Positions 19,720 to 33,696 are shown, counted from the stretch's first letter. The stretch: 64,000 nt of DNA from Schmidtea polychroa (GCA_044892525.1 CM097885.1:40240001-40304000), one strand, 5' to 3'. The notes: generated from the sequence alone by a model not told the origin. Numbers and translations: made by a program.

Positions 19720-22076
19720 AAAATTTTATTTAATAAAAGCCTGCATCCGAAGAGACAGGTTGGTCCTTTTTACGGGACGAGTTTCGGCCAGCGGCCAAAG
19801 CTAAACCACCGAATTTTTTAAATCATCTATCGTCCAAGCCTTGTACTGGTTTAGGGATCAAGGCTGATTTCTTTTCGGTCCATCGTAGAATTCTTATGTA
19901 GGCGGTACAATCTTTTTGGGTGTACTTTTGGGTATACACGAGTTTACCAGCGTCCATTTCGCAGTGAAGATCGGAATGTGTGGAGTTTAATGGCTTCTTC
20001 ACTAGTCGGATCTCCAGATTGAGTTTGTTCGGGATCAGCAGTAGGTATCATCGTTGTCGTAGTTGTCGTTGTCGGTTTCGTTCTTATCTATTTTCGTTAT
20101 GGGTTAATTATATACATCGGAGATTAATTCGCAGGATTTCTTTCAACAGTATTAATTAGTAGAGGATTTTGTCCAATCCGCACGGGTCTGTTGAGTTTAG
20201 TTAGGTTATGGTCTCTAAAAGAATTTAATAGTTCGGAGTAAGAAGACTCCATTTGTGATTTTTGTAGCCGTCAAATATTATACATGATATTATAGTAAGG
20301 ATTGGAAGGAATGGTGTTCAAGGTACGCAGGTTTATAAAAGAATAGGTTTTATATTAGAAATCTTAACGACTAAAATGGTATTGTCAGTTAGGTGGAGCC
20401 CATACAAGGACTCCTACATTGACCTATTGATAATATAAACACTTAATTACGTTTTACTTTCTTCTTTTTATTAGCTTTTTAGGGGTTTTTTTATGAGCAT
20501 TTGACAATATAGTATCTTCCGGAGTCGGTTTCACTTTATTGGATAAATAAATTGCCAAATAAGAGTCATTTTCATTTTTGATGAGACTATCGTTCGAGAA
20601 ATTATTTTTATCTAGTTCTGAAATTTGGGGTATTAGTCTGGAAATATCGGTGTTATCTTGGTTTATGCTGGAGGTATTCTTTTTAGCTGTCAAATAAGCT
20701 GTTAAATAAGAGTCAATTTCATTTTCTATACGACTATCGTCTTCTAGGTTGATGTGTAAGTTGGTATGATTGGAAATTTGGTTTATTAGTTTGAGGTTAG
20801 TATTTTGAAGTTCCTTTGTTAGGTTGGTGGTATTCGGCGATATATTATCAACGTTATCATCTCCAATAATTAGACATATTTCATATCTCATATTATATTT
20901 AATTTTTATTTTTCTACGTTCAAAAATTTCTAATTTGGTTACGGGTTTTTTCGGGATTGGTAATGAGTAGTGGGTTGAGACTTTCGGTTTCCAAATTTTA
21001 ATTGAAGGTTTCGGTTGACCATATTGGGGTTTAATGAAAAGGTTTACCTCAGGTTTAGACTTATTATTTTTATTATTGGTATAAATCGGTTTGATATGTT
21101 TAATGTGCTTCTGAATTTTATCGGATTTGGTAACATTTTCTGGGAGTCGATCGTAGGCCGGCGAGCAGCGTATAATTTTTTCGTCCTCCAGTGGAGGACG
21201 AAAAAAATTTTTAGCGTTGTCATCGGATCTGATTTTTGAGGGATATTCAAACAAATTATTCTGAATTTGTTTTTTCTTTAATTTTTTACGTTTTTTATTT
21301 CTAGCTTTTTTAGATTTTTTATTTTTATAAATTACTTTATTTCTAAAATCATTAAGGAAATAATTAACATGCTTTTTTTCAAAAAATGGTAAATTTTTCA
21401 CGTTTTTATTATTAGTATTGTATTTTTTAATATCAAGGGTTTTCACGTTTTTATTTTTAATAACTTGTTTTTTAATAAAATTTTCCTTACTTATATTAAT
21501 TTTATTTAAGGTGTTTTTAAAATAATTAGGGTTTTCATTAAAATTAACATTTTCTTTAAATTTTTCTTTAAAATTAACATTTTTATTAAAAAAAGCATGT
21601 TTTTCTAACGAATCATTATTCATAAAGGAAAGGTAATTTTGATTATAATTTACGTTAGATTGCCATATTTTACGGCTGCTTCGAATGCATCTAGGAAGTC
21701 TATATGCTGTTCTCGGACCAAGTTTTTAATGATGAAACATCCAGAGATAAGCTTGTCAGCATATCTATATGTATTTTGGCTTATATCTCGAATATTGGAG
21801 CCAATACAATCCCAGCATGCTTTTCGGAGATCCTTCGACATTTCAATGGTTCCTGAAAAATAGTTAAAAAGCTGAAAAGCAATAAAAAACTCATTGATTT
21901 CTGCCCCAGTGCTAGCGAATTTTATATGAAGTAATTCTACTAAGCTCTGAGGACTTTTACCAAAGATTTTTAGCTTTGTCATTGGATCTCTGGCATCGTT
22001 CTTAAAACCAAACAACAGAGGCCGACCTTCCGATTGTTAACTCAATCGCGAACCATGATCCGATAGCAAATGGTGG
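19720..22076 (-). mobile_element. Unclassified repeat element, copy B, lying within the Gypsy remnant
   Basis: Inverted homolog of 1027-3570; carries ORFs 21650-22015 and 20454-21623; Gypsy integrase sequence on both sides. Confidence 0.6.
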
Positions 22077-22470
22077 CACAAACATTGAAGTAGATAGAAT
22101 ATCGCGACACATTGCGGACATCCAACCAACTGTGGAAGAAGATGTTGCTGATGAAAAATCTGAATACCAATCTGAGACAGATCAACCAAGTGAGGAGATG
22201 GAAGCGGCCACGCGTGAGAGCTGGCCGAGACGACCGCGGAGGAAGACGTTTTATCTTGATCAGTATGACTTGGATACATCATACTGATCACGGGGGAATG
22301 TGCGAGAAAATACTGTGACACAGTTGCGTAACAGTATCGAACAACGAAACTATTGTGCAATAGTTCTTGTCGATATGATATTACGTTGTGGTAATTTAGA
22401 TCGTTGTATTAATGTCTGTTTTTAATTAAATATAACAAAGTGATTCTTATCTCATATCTTTTAGCGAACA
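22077..22470 (+). mobile_element. Gypsy 3' end: integrase tail, PPT and short 3' LTR (22299-22470)
   Basis: NIEVDRISRHIADIQP tail; GGGGGAA directly before TGTGCG...; segment ends ...GCGAACA. Confidence 0.55.
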
Positions 22471-23127
22471 TTTAACAATTACTATTGTCATTAATTTTAG
22501 ACTCGGCGCTAAAGTAGACCATTATTGACCATCATTATTCTTGTTATTATTATTGTTAAGTTACTAACCTAATATTATTATTTTTATTGGTACAAAATTG
22601 TCGCGTACCCAATTTATTATTAACCTGTCATTATATACCACTAACTACCTAATTTTGCGGATGACATTAATAGGGTTCTTCATTTATCATGATTTTTAGT
22701 ATAATTATTGTTCTTATCCATGTAAATATGTATTTATTAAATTTAATTTACAAATTTTTATACATTATTACTTATTAAATTTAATATAAAATTTTTAACG
22801 ATCGGGAATTTCCGGGTTACCATTTTTGGAGTACATAAATCCCTCTAATCAAAATACGAAAAAAAGTATCTATTAATAACCATAACCCCCCCTCTTTCTA
22901 AAATTAACCTCGTGTGCCCTATCGCCCAATAAAATTATAATATATCACTAAAATCTATTTTTAGTAACAATACCCCACTATTTCTAACACTAACTTCTAA
23001 TGCCATATCTCCCAAAAAAATTATAACAAATCACTAAACTCTATTTTTTGTAACAACACCCCCCTGTAACAATGAGATGTCAACATAAAATTATATAACA
23101 ACAAAAAGAACACCTATAACTATAGGC

Positions 23128-23760
23128 CAGAGGCGGCCAAACTGTGTCTCTTTAAAGCCGTAGAAAATTCATGGTTTTTTAAATTTAATTTTTTTCTGAA
23201 ATTAGGAACAACTTCGTTTATGAATAACGAAAAACGTTTTTATTAAATTTTTAGCATAAATTGCCTTTCCATGTCAATTTTAATTTTTCAAAAATTAGTT
23301 ATGCAAACCACTAATAAAACTTTTAATTTGAATAATTATTATAAAAATCGATTAAAATACTTTAATAATAAATATCTATTTCAAATACCTATATTTTACA
23401 GCCTTTAACTACCATTTTCTTTTCAAACAAAATTTTCTATTTTTTGACACCCATTAATTATTTCGTCAATATGACAAAAAACAAGAAAGGAATACATGAA
23501 GAAGAAAATAGAAGCTTAAAATTAAAATGAGAGGATGATTATGCGTTTATTATAAGAAACAGTAAAGTCTTATTTGCAACCGGACACTTTCTCAATTCAA
23601 TGCAAGTAAATTAAAACGGCATCATGAACAGAATCACGGAAGTTTTATCATCACTTATCCTTATAATACCATTATAAGAACTACCAAAACGAATTCAGTA
23701 CGATCTGGACTAAGTTCCCAACAGAATTTGTTATTATCATTTACTAATGAGAGTATTTTT
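23128..23760 (+). pseudogene. hAT (Buster/GTF2IRD2-like) 5' remnant
   Basis: TIR-like CAGAGGCGGCCAAAC; decayed N-terminus (EENRS..EDDYAF..SKLKRHHEQNH). Confidence 0.5.
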
Positions 23761-23958
23761 GTACATTCGATTAATTTCTTGTTTTGTTTCTTTTTATTAA
23801 TTGTTTCTAATCTAAATTTAAAGTTTAATAGTTATGGTGGAGTGGAATATCCCATTTGCCAAGGATCAGGAAAAATTCTCTTTGTCAATTAATTGTTTCA
23901 AAAAATAAATACTACCAACAAAAAATTATCACATAATAATAAATCTGGTAAATGAAAG

Positions 23959-24741
23959 TGTTGATGGTGTAAAAAAATATAAAGAGAAGAAAGATTCGAG
24001 TAGGTGTATATAGGCAAAAAGCACGAAAATATGAATTGTGAAAAATCGATAAAAGATTCAAATATTCGAATTAAAATCTGGAAAATTTGTAATAGATGAA
24101 GTAAGTAGAAAAGAATAACATAGTAATAAACGAATTTTCAGAGAGTTACAGGAAGAGTGCGAAAAGATAGATTAATTAATTAATTAGCAAGAAGAAAGCG
24201 AACCCGAGTAGGGTAAACAAGTAGAAAAGTAAACAGAAGGATATTTTAGGCCCATTATCTTGTCACAATGACTAATGGGACAAGACCAAGAAAAGATAAT
24301 CTACAGAGAAAACCGGGGGAGCTATTAATTGTTTTTGTTCGTTGGAACATTCCGAGTGACAGCCGAAGCAGAGACATAGAGCCTAATGTCAGGAGGGAGA
24401 TTGGCTTGGCAAAAACCATTTGTCATCCAGATTTGGAAGAGTATAAAAGGAAGAGGAAAATCAGAACAAGCTGGCATTAGCCCCAGATAGGAATTTTAAG
24501 AAGAAATTTGAGACTAGACAAAGGTATTCAAAGTGCAATGAGGTGAATATTAATAAAGATTTTGACAAAGCATCAACACCGAGCGGAGGATCGGTCAAAC
24601 TCATTAAACGTTGGTCATTTATTATTTTGTGGAGAGAGAAATATTTTGTGATTCAATATACTTTGAGTAGTTTGTTATTTGTGATTTTCAATTAAAGATA
24701 CACGTGGAGACAGAGAGTACCTACTCAAATTATTAAAACCC

Positions 24742-24745
<4 letters not shown>
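23959..24745 (+). repeat. Probable solo LTR
   Basis: Starts TGTTGATG, ends ...CCCAATA; TATA-like GTATAAAAGG; clearly similar to 34040-34200 (AACCCGAG..GGTAAACAAG, AACCATTTGTCATCC.GATTT.GAAGAGTATA.AAGGAAG.GGAAAATCAGA). Confidence 0.5.
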
Positions 24746-24813
<68 letters not shown>

Positions 24814-26149
24814 TAAAAATTTATTTTTCCTCTTTTTAATGGTGAAGAGTTTTATGATAGAAATTGTTAGAGTATGATAGCGAGTGAAACTGACATTTAA
24901 GATGCTAATAAATTTTTGAGGTTTGGTAATGTAAATATAAAATATTTTTACCACTGAAAAAAATTCGTTTAAACTAAGAATAATCTTGGTTGTGAAACAT
25001 CTAGCTATTTTCTGAATATAATATGATGGTGGTGGGGATGATAGTAGTAACGATGATACTATATGGACAATAATAATAACAATGGTAAAATATCCTAATA
25101 GTAGTTTTTAGCGACATTCTCAACAAATAATAGTAAAGTTTTATTATAATAAGGTGTTTGAGACTATTATCTAGTATATAAATAAAAATATAAATTTACT
25201 AATAAATTATATTCACGATTTGATTTTCTCAGCATTTTTAAGTATTATTATCAAATTAATAAAATTTAAATTTTATTATTATATAAATGTTTAAAAATTA
25301 AGATCTACATTTTGTTTTTATAATTAATATTTGAATTTCTAATAAATGAATGCTGATAAAAATCCAGTAATTTAATACATTTAATTATTCTTTGATGATG
25401 CAAGTTTATAATTTTGAAGAATGATATTAACATGATCGTAGAAAATATATTAAAATAATCCTAGATGTATTAAATGGGTTTTAATTTGTACTGCGGTAAT
25501 TATCTATTTGATTTATATTTATATTTTTACTATTTTATCATTTATATTTGATACTACTACATTTAATGCCTACATATCTATCTCGTTGATACTACTATGC
25601 ATTACATGTGGTTTATAGATGTGTTAATGTGCTTGTTTAATTTAATGCTATTTTATATTAATTGTATTTTATATTAATTAAATTCAAATGACTAAATAGA
25701 AAATAAACTTTTTTTAATAAAATTAATTTTTACATATGTCTTATAAGCATATTTTCCGTTTATTATTTTATTTGTTCCATTAGTAATTGTTGTGTTGCTA
25801 AAAATAGTAAATAAAATGAAAATCATGACAATGGCGCCTAAGGAAAATAGAAATTTTTAGGGAAAGGATAAACGTTCAAGATTGACCGCGAAATTGTGAT
25901 TTGAGATATCTTAATAAGAACATTGAAAAAAATTAGTTAATTATCATATAAATAAGAAATTTTTTGTGACAAATAAAAGGGCAAGTTGATTAAAGTAAAG
26001 TAAAACGAATAAATTTTTATGATTTCCTCATATCTGAAATAAGTAATTTACCCTTGATTTCTTTTGATTCTTCAATACACAAGTTCTATAAAAAAACTGC
26101 CAATTGAGAGGGTCGCGAAGGAAAATGATAATATATAAATATTAGAAAT

Positions 26150-26940
26150 TTGAGTAAAATTTGAGTTTGATTTGTATTTCTTGCAAATTTCAGAAATATC
26201 AGGTCGGATAAAAGACAATGCAACTCGCATTTCCTCATCTATATTCCCCAATCTTTCACGCTTTTTAGTTTTTATATTTGTTAATATAGAAAATACTAGT
26301 TCGCACAGATACGAAGTTGAAAACTGTAACAAAATTTCGAGCGCTTTTCAGAAAACAGAGGATATTCTTATTTAAGGGAAATCCAAAATTCACCATGAGT
26401 CATTTCTGAATGTTTTAGTTTCAAACCACGATCTGAAGAAAGAGATATCAATTCCTCTTTTTCATTTATTGAAAATTCTGATGTGTTTGATGAAATGAAC
26501 GGATTTCGGATCCAATCATATTTTTCTGCATTTAATGATGGAAAATATTTTGAAATGTTTTCTTCCAATATTTTTAAGTGTTCTAGAACATTGGAGATGA
26601 CTTTTTCGATATTTGAATTGAAGGAAAATGTCTAATATTTTTCCCCAGGATAATTTTTCCAAAGTGAAATTTTCTTTTGAAGTGCCAATAATTTATCTGT
26701 AGATATAAGCATATTTTCTTTTCCTTGAATATTTGTGTTGACTGAATTAAGATAATTAAAAATATCGGCAAAGTAAGCCAAATTATTACACCACACTTCA
26801 TTATTGAGATAATTATAAAATATTTCACTTTCAAAGAAAACCATTAATTCGTTTTTAAGTTGTAACACGCGATTCAATACTTTTCCTCACGATAACCACC
26901 TTACATCTTTGTGGAGAAGCAAATATTCATATTGTGCTTC
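26150..26940 (-). pseudogene. hAT transposase C-terminal remnant (ZBED5/SCAND3-like)
   Basis: VRWLS*GKVLNRV, LAYFADIF, WIRNPF, FSTSYLCELVFS..IKTKKRERL; frameshifted; truncated at 26940 by an LTR-like TGTTGGGGTT start. Confidence 0.85.
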
Positions 26941-27132
26941 TGTTGGGGTTAGCGCAAAAAACCAAAAAGATTTATATATAAAAGAGAAGCATAACAAATA
27001 ATGGTAAAATCAATAAAAGTACAAAATTAATTAAAATTTAATAAAAATCAAAAATCAATATTAAATGGGGGTATCGGGTATGGTATGACAATAATAATAA
27101 TATCAATATTACTAACAATGACAATAATAGCG

Positions 27133-27216
<84 letters not shown>

Positions 27217-27356
27217 CCGACAGGTCGAATACTCATATAGTAGGAGATGACGTAAATGAAAGTGAAAGTGAATGTGAAAGTGTAATAGATAATAATGATT
27301 TAAGAACTAATGAAAAAGATAAAAGTAAAGTAAGGGAAGTACAAAAAGAATGTCAA

Positions 27357-27719
27357 GTGCCAAAAAGCGAAATGAATAGTGAAATTATTGCAAAAAAGCC
27401 AAGAACATTGTATGAGATAAAAAAGAGCTTGGTAAGGTCAGAACTAGAAGTTGATGAGACAAAAGGGTTATTAAAGAATTTAGTTAAAGTAGTATATCCA
27501 ATGTTTGAAGTAAAAGTGGATACAAAGTATGAATTGGGGGACACAGTAAAGGAAATGGAAAAGAAACTCCCTAGCGTTATGCAGAGATTTGGTGAAAATG
27601 ATGAATTTTGTGATAGAGAGGTGATTAAAACTTTGACGAAAAATGGAATTGATAAAGAAAACACAACCATTCACAAAATTGATAACAATTTAAATAAATT
27701 AATTGAAAACCAAAACTAA
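27357..27719 (+). pseudogene. Orphan ORF fragment upstream of the viral glycoprotein remnant
   Basis: 120-aa reading frame with a GTG start and no recognised motif; same strand and block as the glycoprotein remnant. Confidence 0.3.
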
Positions 27720-28081
27720 TTTAATAATCAAATAAACCTGTTGTTTAAATCAGGAAATTTCTTAACTTATGCAGTTATGCAGTTTTAAAAATAGGGGCTC
27801 ATAAGATTATGGAATCATATGAATTAGAAAATTTGATAGATACAGCAGCTCGAGTTTTAAATGAATATTTAATGAATTGGGTGAAAAAGAATGGAGGTTA
27901 GTTGAAGCTGATTAAAGTGCGTGCGATAAATGAAAATAATGAAATTAGTGTACCCCATAAATTGTTAGACGGGAGAGTTAGCCCAGAGATGAGAAAAACG
28001 ATGATATTTCCAAGGGGCAATGTTTATGATAATAATATTATTCGCAATAATTACCCAGACAACCTGTATGATTGCGTATGA

Positions 28082-29686
28082 TTGCTCAAAACGGAAACGG
28101 GAAAAATTTATGCTGTGGTAGATATGTCAGAATATTCAGATGCATATCCGAGAAAATTAAAGATTGAGAAAGATGTAAAATATCATGTATATCAAGAATC
28201 CGATTTAAGACGAAAAGTTCGAGAATGTATAGTTAAACGTACTACGTTTGTATTTTACTGTGGAAAGTGGAGCCACACTTCATTGATAAAGATGTATACA
28301 ATCCCAAGGCCAGTGGAAGTTATGCCAGAAAATTGTTTAGCAGCAATTCAAACAGAAGAGTTAAAAATTAGCCTGGAAATTAAACTAAAGGCAAAAATAA
28401 ATCACAGGACGTGAAAAACGGTGATTATAAAAGGAATCATGAAACAAGACGGAGATTGTGAAGGTGAACCGTACAAAGTCAGCGGTAAAATTATTAAAAT
28501 GGCTGTAGTGATTGAGGAATATTTAACGGAATTGAAAGAATTTGAAGGAGCTTTCGATGATGATACAAGTAAGTTACAAACCCATATTTTGTAATATGAA
28601 GCAAAATAGTTGTCTAACGGGAGAATCAATTCTTGTTTATGGGGTAAAAACCAATGTGTGTAACTTAGCGCATTTAAAAACTATGAATTTCAAAGAAATT
28701 AGTAGAGTGCAGTTTAGAGAAAGGCCAGATAATATAAATGTGAATTATGGAGTAAATGTAACAATCAGATCGACGCCTGTGTGGACAAGAAAAACAGCGT
28801 CCGTGTTAATGTCAACATTGCCCATGGATGCCACGCGTTTTATAATAAAAGAGGTTACCACTAAATGCCGCCAAACAGTATACGCCACCAATTACAGAGG
28901 TGTTTACGTATCAACAGTGATGGTACATGAAGCTAAAACTAAAATTTATACAAGTGATGTTAAACTAACTCATTATTTTAACAACAAAATTAATTACTTT
29001 TTTCATTATAATCAAAACACCATGGAGAATATCTATCGAGAAATGATCCTAAATGATTGTAAATTAAATAAAGAAATACTTCGGAATCGAATGGCAATGA
29101 CCATCACATACCCAAATTTGGTAGATCCCATGTTAATATCAGAAAATGGTGTGTTTGTAGAATTTTCGGAGAAGCTTTGTACAGTTATAAATGCAAGGAA
29201 GTGACTGTAAAAATAATGAAATATGAAAAATGTACGAATGAATTGCCAGTTAGTGTTGATGGGAAAGTACGATTTATGGAACCAATAACACGAATACTGC
29301 TGGATGAACACGCGAAACCAAAATTGCTAGAGTGTAATAGATTACTAGCACTGTTATATCGCTTGGCACAAGATTCTTGGATAGCATTACCTGATTACCG
29401 AGGAGTTAGAACTCCAGATAAATTGGAATTAATCAATCTAGAATATTTGGTGAACTTTACATCTTTAAACAAAATGGCGCCACTAGGTTTCTATGCAAGC
29501 GAAGTTATTGAAGAAGCCCAAAGAAATTTATTATTTCCATCAAAGAAAGAACGTGTGACTTCAAAAATGATTGATATAATATTGCCAAATGGAGAGAGCA
29601 GAGTTAATTATGAATATCTATTAACACCGGATCACTTTAAAAAATCAACGTACATGCTAATCGTTGCAAAAAGCGCCAGCAATTGA
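28082..29686 (+). pseudogene. Chuvirus-like (Jingchuvirales) glycoprotein, frameshifted
   Basis: Cys pattern and segments FYCGKWSHTS, GDCEG, CRQTVYATNY, DCKLNKEI, YSYKCKEVTV..CTNELPV..RFMEPITRIL..ECN recalled as chuviral G-like; split across 28082-28414, 28542-29204 and 29177-29686. Confidence 0.72.
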
Positions 29687-31159
29687 GAATACTAGATATC
29701 CCTTAAGATCGAAAAAGAATTATTTCAAAGAGTGAAAAGTAGTCAGTGAAAGAGTTACTAAAAATCCTGCACCATTGGGACATACGACAAAAGTCTTATT
29801 GATAACAACAATCATGCTTATAAATGTTTTGGGAACAAATGCAGGACGATATTTTCCAAAGTATGCAATAAAAAGGGTTCCATTATTGGAGAAAATTCAC
29901 ATATATTCAAAATGTACCCAAATTGTATGGTTTTATCTTTATGAACCAACGGAAGAAATAGAAATAAGTAATTTATTAAACTACTTTGACCCACCAGTGA
30001 AATTGAATTTCAATAAAAATATTTACGTCGCCCGTCAATTAGCAATCAATTATAATTATCCCTGGCAAATAACAGAATTGCTATTTCAGAACAATAATAC
30101 AAAAATGTATAACTTAATCCAAATAGAAATCTTAACAAAAAATTTAAACAATCCGGTTTCAATAGAAACAGTGGTGAGCGGAATCGATGTATATTGGGAA
30201 CCCCATGAATCCCAAAAAGTGAAATTAATTTTTCAAAATTACATTATAGACCATTATAATTATTTAAAATTAAATCAAATGTATAATATCGTTGTTAATT
30301 ATTACGAAAAGCTTTTGCATGAAAATGTTACCGAAATCGATAACCAGTGGGTTAAAATCGATTCCAGTCAACAATCCATAAGATTGAAGAATGAAACAAA
30401 TCGTATTAGTGTACAATATAATAATCAAAAATGGATAGTCACACGACAAGCGAGTACCAATAAAAAAGTGGAACTATATTATTGTGGAAAACTGCAAACT
30501 GTATTGCAAGGTAACATTACGTCTAAAATTTTAATATTTCAGCAATTACGTTCAAAATCAAGTTCAAAAATTGTGATGATCAAAATTAAATATTATCAGC
30601 GTACGTTTCATTCCGATCAATGGAAAATTGTTCTAGTGGAAAACAAAAGGATTCGAGTAGAATTTGCCACAACTGATGCTGACAGTTCAAAAACTAGTTA
30701 CAATTTATGGATTTAGTGACGGCACAGGCACTTCAATTGAAAGGAATAACACGGAGAGGAGAATTCTTCATACTCAAAACAGTTGTGGGAGAATTATTCG
30801 GATAACAGACGAAGGCGGGTATTCATTCAGCATTGGAAGACGTCAAAAATATACGAAGAGTGCATAGGAAAATCGAAAATGTGTGGGTAGATGATGTCAA
30901 AATCCAAAAATCGATTCCATTAAAGAAATATTCGTTAGCAGAATATTAAAAGCTTCATCCGACGGACCCAGTGCCAACAACGAGTGGAACATTCTTTGAA
31001 ACAGTTGAACAAGTCGATCTCACAAATGATGAGCAAATGGAAATATACGAAACACGTTTGAAATGGGCCACTGAAGAAAATGTAGACGTGTTCGAGGAAA
31101 GTATTGGCATGATGATAGGTTTGTCTATTCAGAGAATTTCAGCATCATTTCAGCTTGGA

Positions 31160-33411
31160 GTTTTACATTACTGTTAAACAGCAACAGTAAAACAGCTGTT
31201 TTTTTGTCTTAATCGGAAAACATTAAACAGCTGTTTTTTCGAAGCTGTTTATACTGTTTTTTAACGATCCTTTTTCAATTTTTTTAAAAAGAATTTTTAA
31301 TATTATAATATAACTTACAAAAGTCAATATTTAATTGATATTGTTGATAAATATTTGTTTGATTATTTATATACTAACAAACTTCTAAAAACATAATTTT
31401 ATATTTCACCCATGTCTTCAGTTTGGGATTATGCTATAAAACGAAAAAATGTGTTAAAAAAGGTGCTTGAAGGTCAATGCAAGCGATGTAATAAAGTTAT
31501 AACTTGTTCTGGCAATTCTACAACAACTTTAAAAAATCATCTCAAAACCCATGGCATCGACATGGAAAAGCCAACAGTTAGTGCATCGAAAGAAGATACA
31601 ATATCAGAGAAGAGAACAAAATCAATTTCAGATTTTCTAGTTAAAAAATCTCTCAAAGAAATAGTATCAGATCTTGCTACTGATGGTATAACTATTAGAG
31701 CTATTACAAGAAATAATTACATCAGACAATCTATTACTCGCGATGGTCTTAAACTTCCTATCAATGAACGCGATGTCATGAAACTGATTATTGAAGATTT
31801 TTTAGAGAAAAAAGCTAAAATGATAACACTTGTTAAACAAAAGATTGATTCTGGAACCAAATTTTCAATGACAGTTGATGAATACACAACAATTAGAGGT
31901 AGACGCTTTTTTGGTGTTAACATACATACTAGTGACGATAAAATGACAATGAAAACTGGCCTTGTTCGAATTTTTGGTTCTTGCACAGCAGAAGTTATGA
32001 TAAATGCAATGAAAGAACATTTAGCCGATTTTGGAATTGATATGAATAAGGATATTGTTGGATCTACTCAAGACGGAGCAGCAATTAACAAGAAATTTAT
32101 TCAATTGCTAGATATTATAGGTCAGTTTTGTTTAAATCATGCTATTCATTTGGGAGTTTGTGATACTTTGTATAAGAAAAAAAGTATTGATGAAGAAAAG
32201 TCGTATTGGAATAACGATGAGATTGAAGATACAGAATGCTATGATGATTGCCTTGGTTTATCAAATGATATTGATATTGAGAATGTTGATTTGAACTATC
32301 ACGATCTGCTTCAAACATCTCGAAAACTTGTCAAATTTATAAAGAACTCAACAGTTCGCAATAATGTTTTCCTAACAAAAAACAAAGCTTTGACAGGCCG
32401 CAACAGTGAATTATATCTGGATATTAAGACGCGTTGGAATTCAATTCCTACCATGTTGGATTCAATTATAAAATCAGAATTGGCTATTCGAGAAACGTTA
32501 ACTGAATTTAATGCAATATATCAAATAGATTCTGTTGATTTTGATGCTCTTAATAATCTTCTTTGTGCTATGGAACCGATTAAACTTGCTGTTGAACGCT
32601 TAAGTCAAGATGATGCGACATTAGTAAGTGCTGAAATAATATTAGAGTTTATGTTCAAGAAACTTTCGATGATTAATAGTGAAATAAGTCAAGATCTGCA
32701 TGATAACTTAAAGCAACGAATCGATGAAAGAATAAATAAAGATGTTATGAATCTTTTGAAAAGTCTCAAAGATTCATCAGTTGTTCCATCAGAAACAACA
32801 TTAACATTTGCTGGACGTTTAGCTTCACGCATATTTGAATTTGATGATGGCGATGATATACGTGGTTCTACCCAAGAAGAATTTGAAAACACCAATCTTT
32901 CGCTAAAAGAAGAACTTAATATGCTTTTATATATGGATCAAACCCCGAAAGTACTTGGAGTAGATTTTAAATGGCTTAAGTCAGAATTCACTTTGTATAA
33001 GAATACTGGACAACGAACGGAAAATCTTCAAAAACTTTACAATGCACTTCTTAGCATCAAACCAACATCGACTGACATTGAGCGTGTATTCTCAATTTGC
33101 ACAAATTTTTGCACTAAAATTAGATCACGCTTATCAGATGATGCTCTTAAAGCTTTGGTTTTCTTGAAATTTTACTATAAAAAATAAATAAGTTTTCTGA
33201 TGTTATATGAATTAAGTTGTTATAAAAGATAATAAATATTTTCCAAGATATTAATAAATTGAAAAAAAATAAATATATACATTTTCAGTATTTTTTAAAT
33301 ATTAAAATTATGGGAAAATTGAAAAAACAGTAAAAACAGCTAATATCAGCTGTTTTTTCGAAAATAAAAAACAGTAACAGCTGTTTTTTGAAAACCGCTG
33401 TTTGTAAAAGC
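31160..33411 (+). mobile_element. hAT DNA transposon, probably autonomous
   Basis: Short imperfect TIRs GTTTTACA / TGTAAAAGC; clustered subterminal (A)ACAGCTGT(T) palindromes at both ends; CTTGGA on both flanks. Confidence 0.85.
31412..33187 (+). CDS. hAT transposase with BED zinc finger, intact
   Basis: VWDY..CKRC..STTTLKNHLKTH; TVDEYT, TQDGAA, CLNHAIHL, TRWNS, PTSTDIERVFS..RSRLSD. Confidence 0.95.
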   Translation: MSSVWDYAIKRKNVLKKVLEGQCKRCNKVITCSGNSTTTLKNHLKTHGIDMEKPTVSASKEDTISEKRTKSISDFLVKKSLKEIVSDLATDGITIRAITRNNYIRQSITRDGLKLPINERDVMKLIIEDFLEKKAKMITLVKQKIDSGTKFSMTVDEYTTIRGRRFFGVNIHTSDDKMTMKTGLVRIFGSCTAEVMINAMKEHLADFGIDMNKDIVGSTQDGAAINKKFIQLLDIIGQFCLNHAIHLGVCDTLYKKKSIDEEKSYWNNDEIEDTECYDDCLGLSNDIDIENVDLNYHDLLQTSRKLVKFIKNSTVRNNVFLTKNKALTGRNSELYLDIKTRWNSIPTMLDSIIKSELAIRETLTEFNAIYQIDSVDFDALNNLLCAMEPIKLAVERLSQDDATLVSAEIILEFMFKKLSMINSEISQDLHDNLKQRIDERINKDVMNLLKSLKDSSVVPSETTLTFAGRLASRIFEFDDGDDIRGSTQEEFENTNLSLKEELNMLLYMDQTPKVLGVDFKWLKSEFTLYKNTGQRTENLQKLYNALLSIKPTSTDIERVFSICTNFCTKIRSRLSDDALKALVFLKFYYKK

Positions 33412-33696
33412 CTTGGACCCATTCTTCAATTGGAGGAGAGAAAAAAGAAATCTACAACAAAAATCAAAGCCATCATGTTGCAGGGAATTATCTATCATCG
33501 GGAAAAAACATTTATCCGTTACAAGAGTGAGGCGGGAGACATAGAGTTAAAAATTGACTAATTTTACTTTATTTATATATATAAAGTTGAAATATATAAA
33601 CTATTTTGTTAACTTAATTTCTTTAAGTTAAATCTTAAAGTTAAAATATAAAATTATTTCCGCTAATTTAATTTTTATTCAAGTTGAATATAAAAG

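Larger units (their letters stand above)
29775..33560 (+). pseudogene. Orphan ORF with an N-terminal signal-like sequence, frameshifted and split by a hAT insertion
   Basis: VLLITTIMLINVLG hydrophobic start; pieces at 29775-30716, 30664-30867 and 30971-31159; the frame resumes at 33418 (PILQLEERKK...ELKID*). Confidence 0.45.

Noticed and set aside
1027..22076. One giant element with outer inverted repeats enclosing the Polinton
   Set aside because: The two copies are internally divergent, copy B sits inside a Gypsy remnant, and the Polinton has its own TSD.
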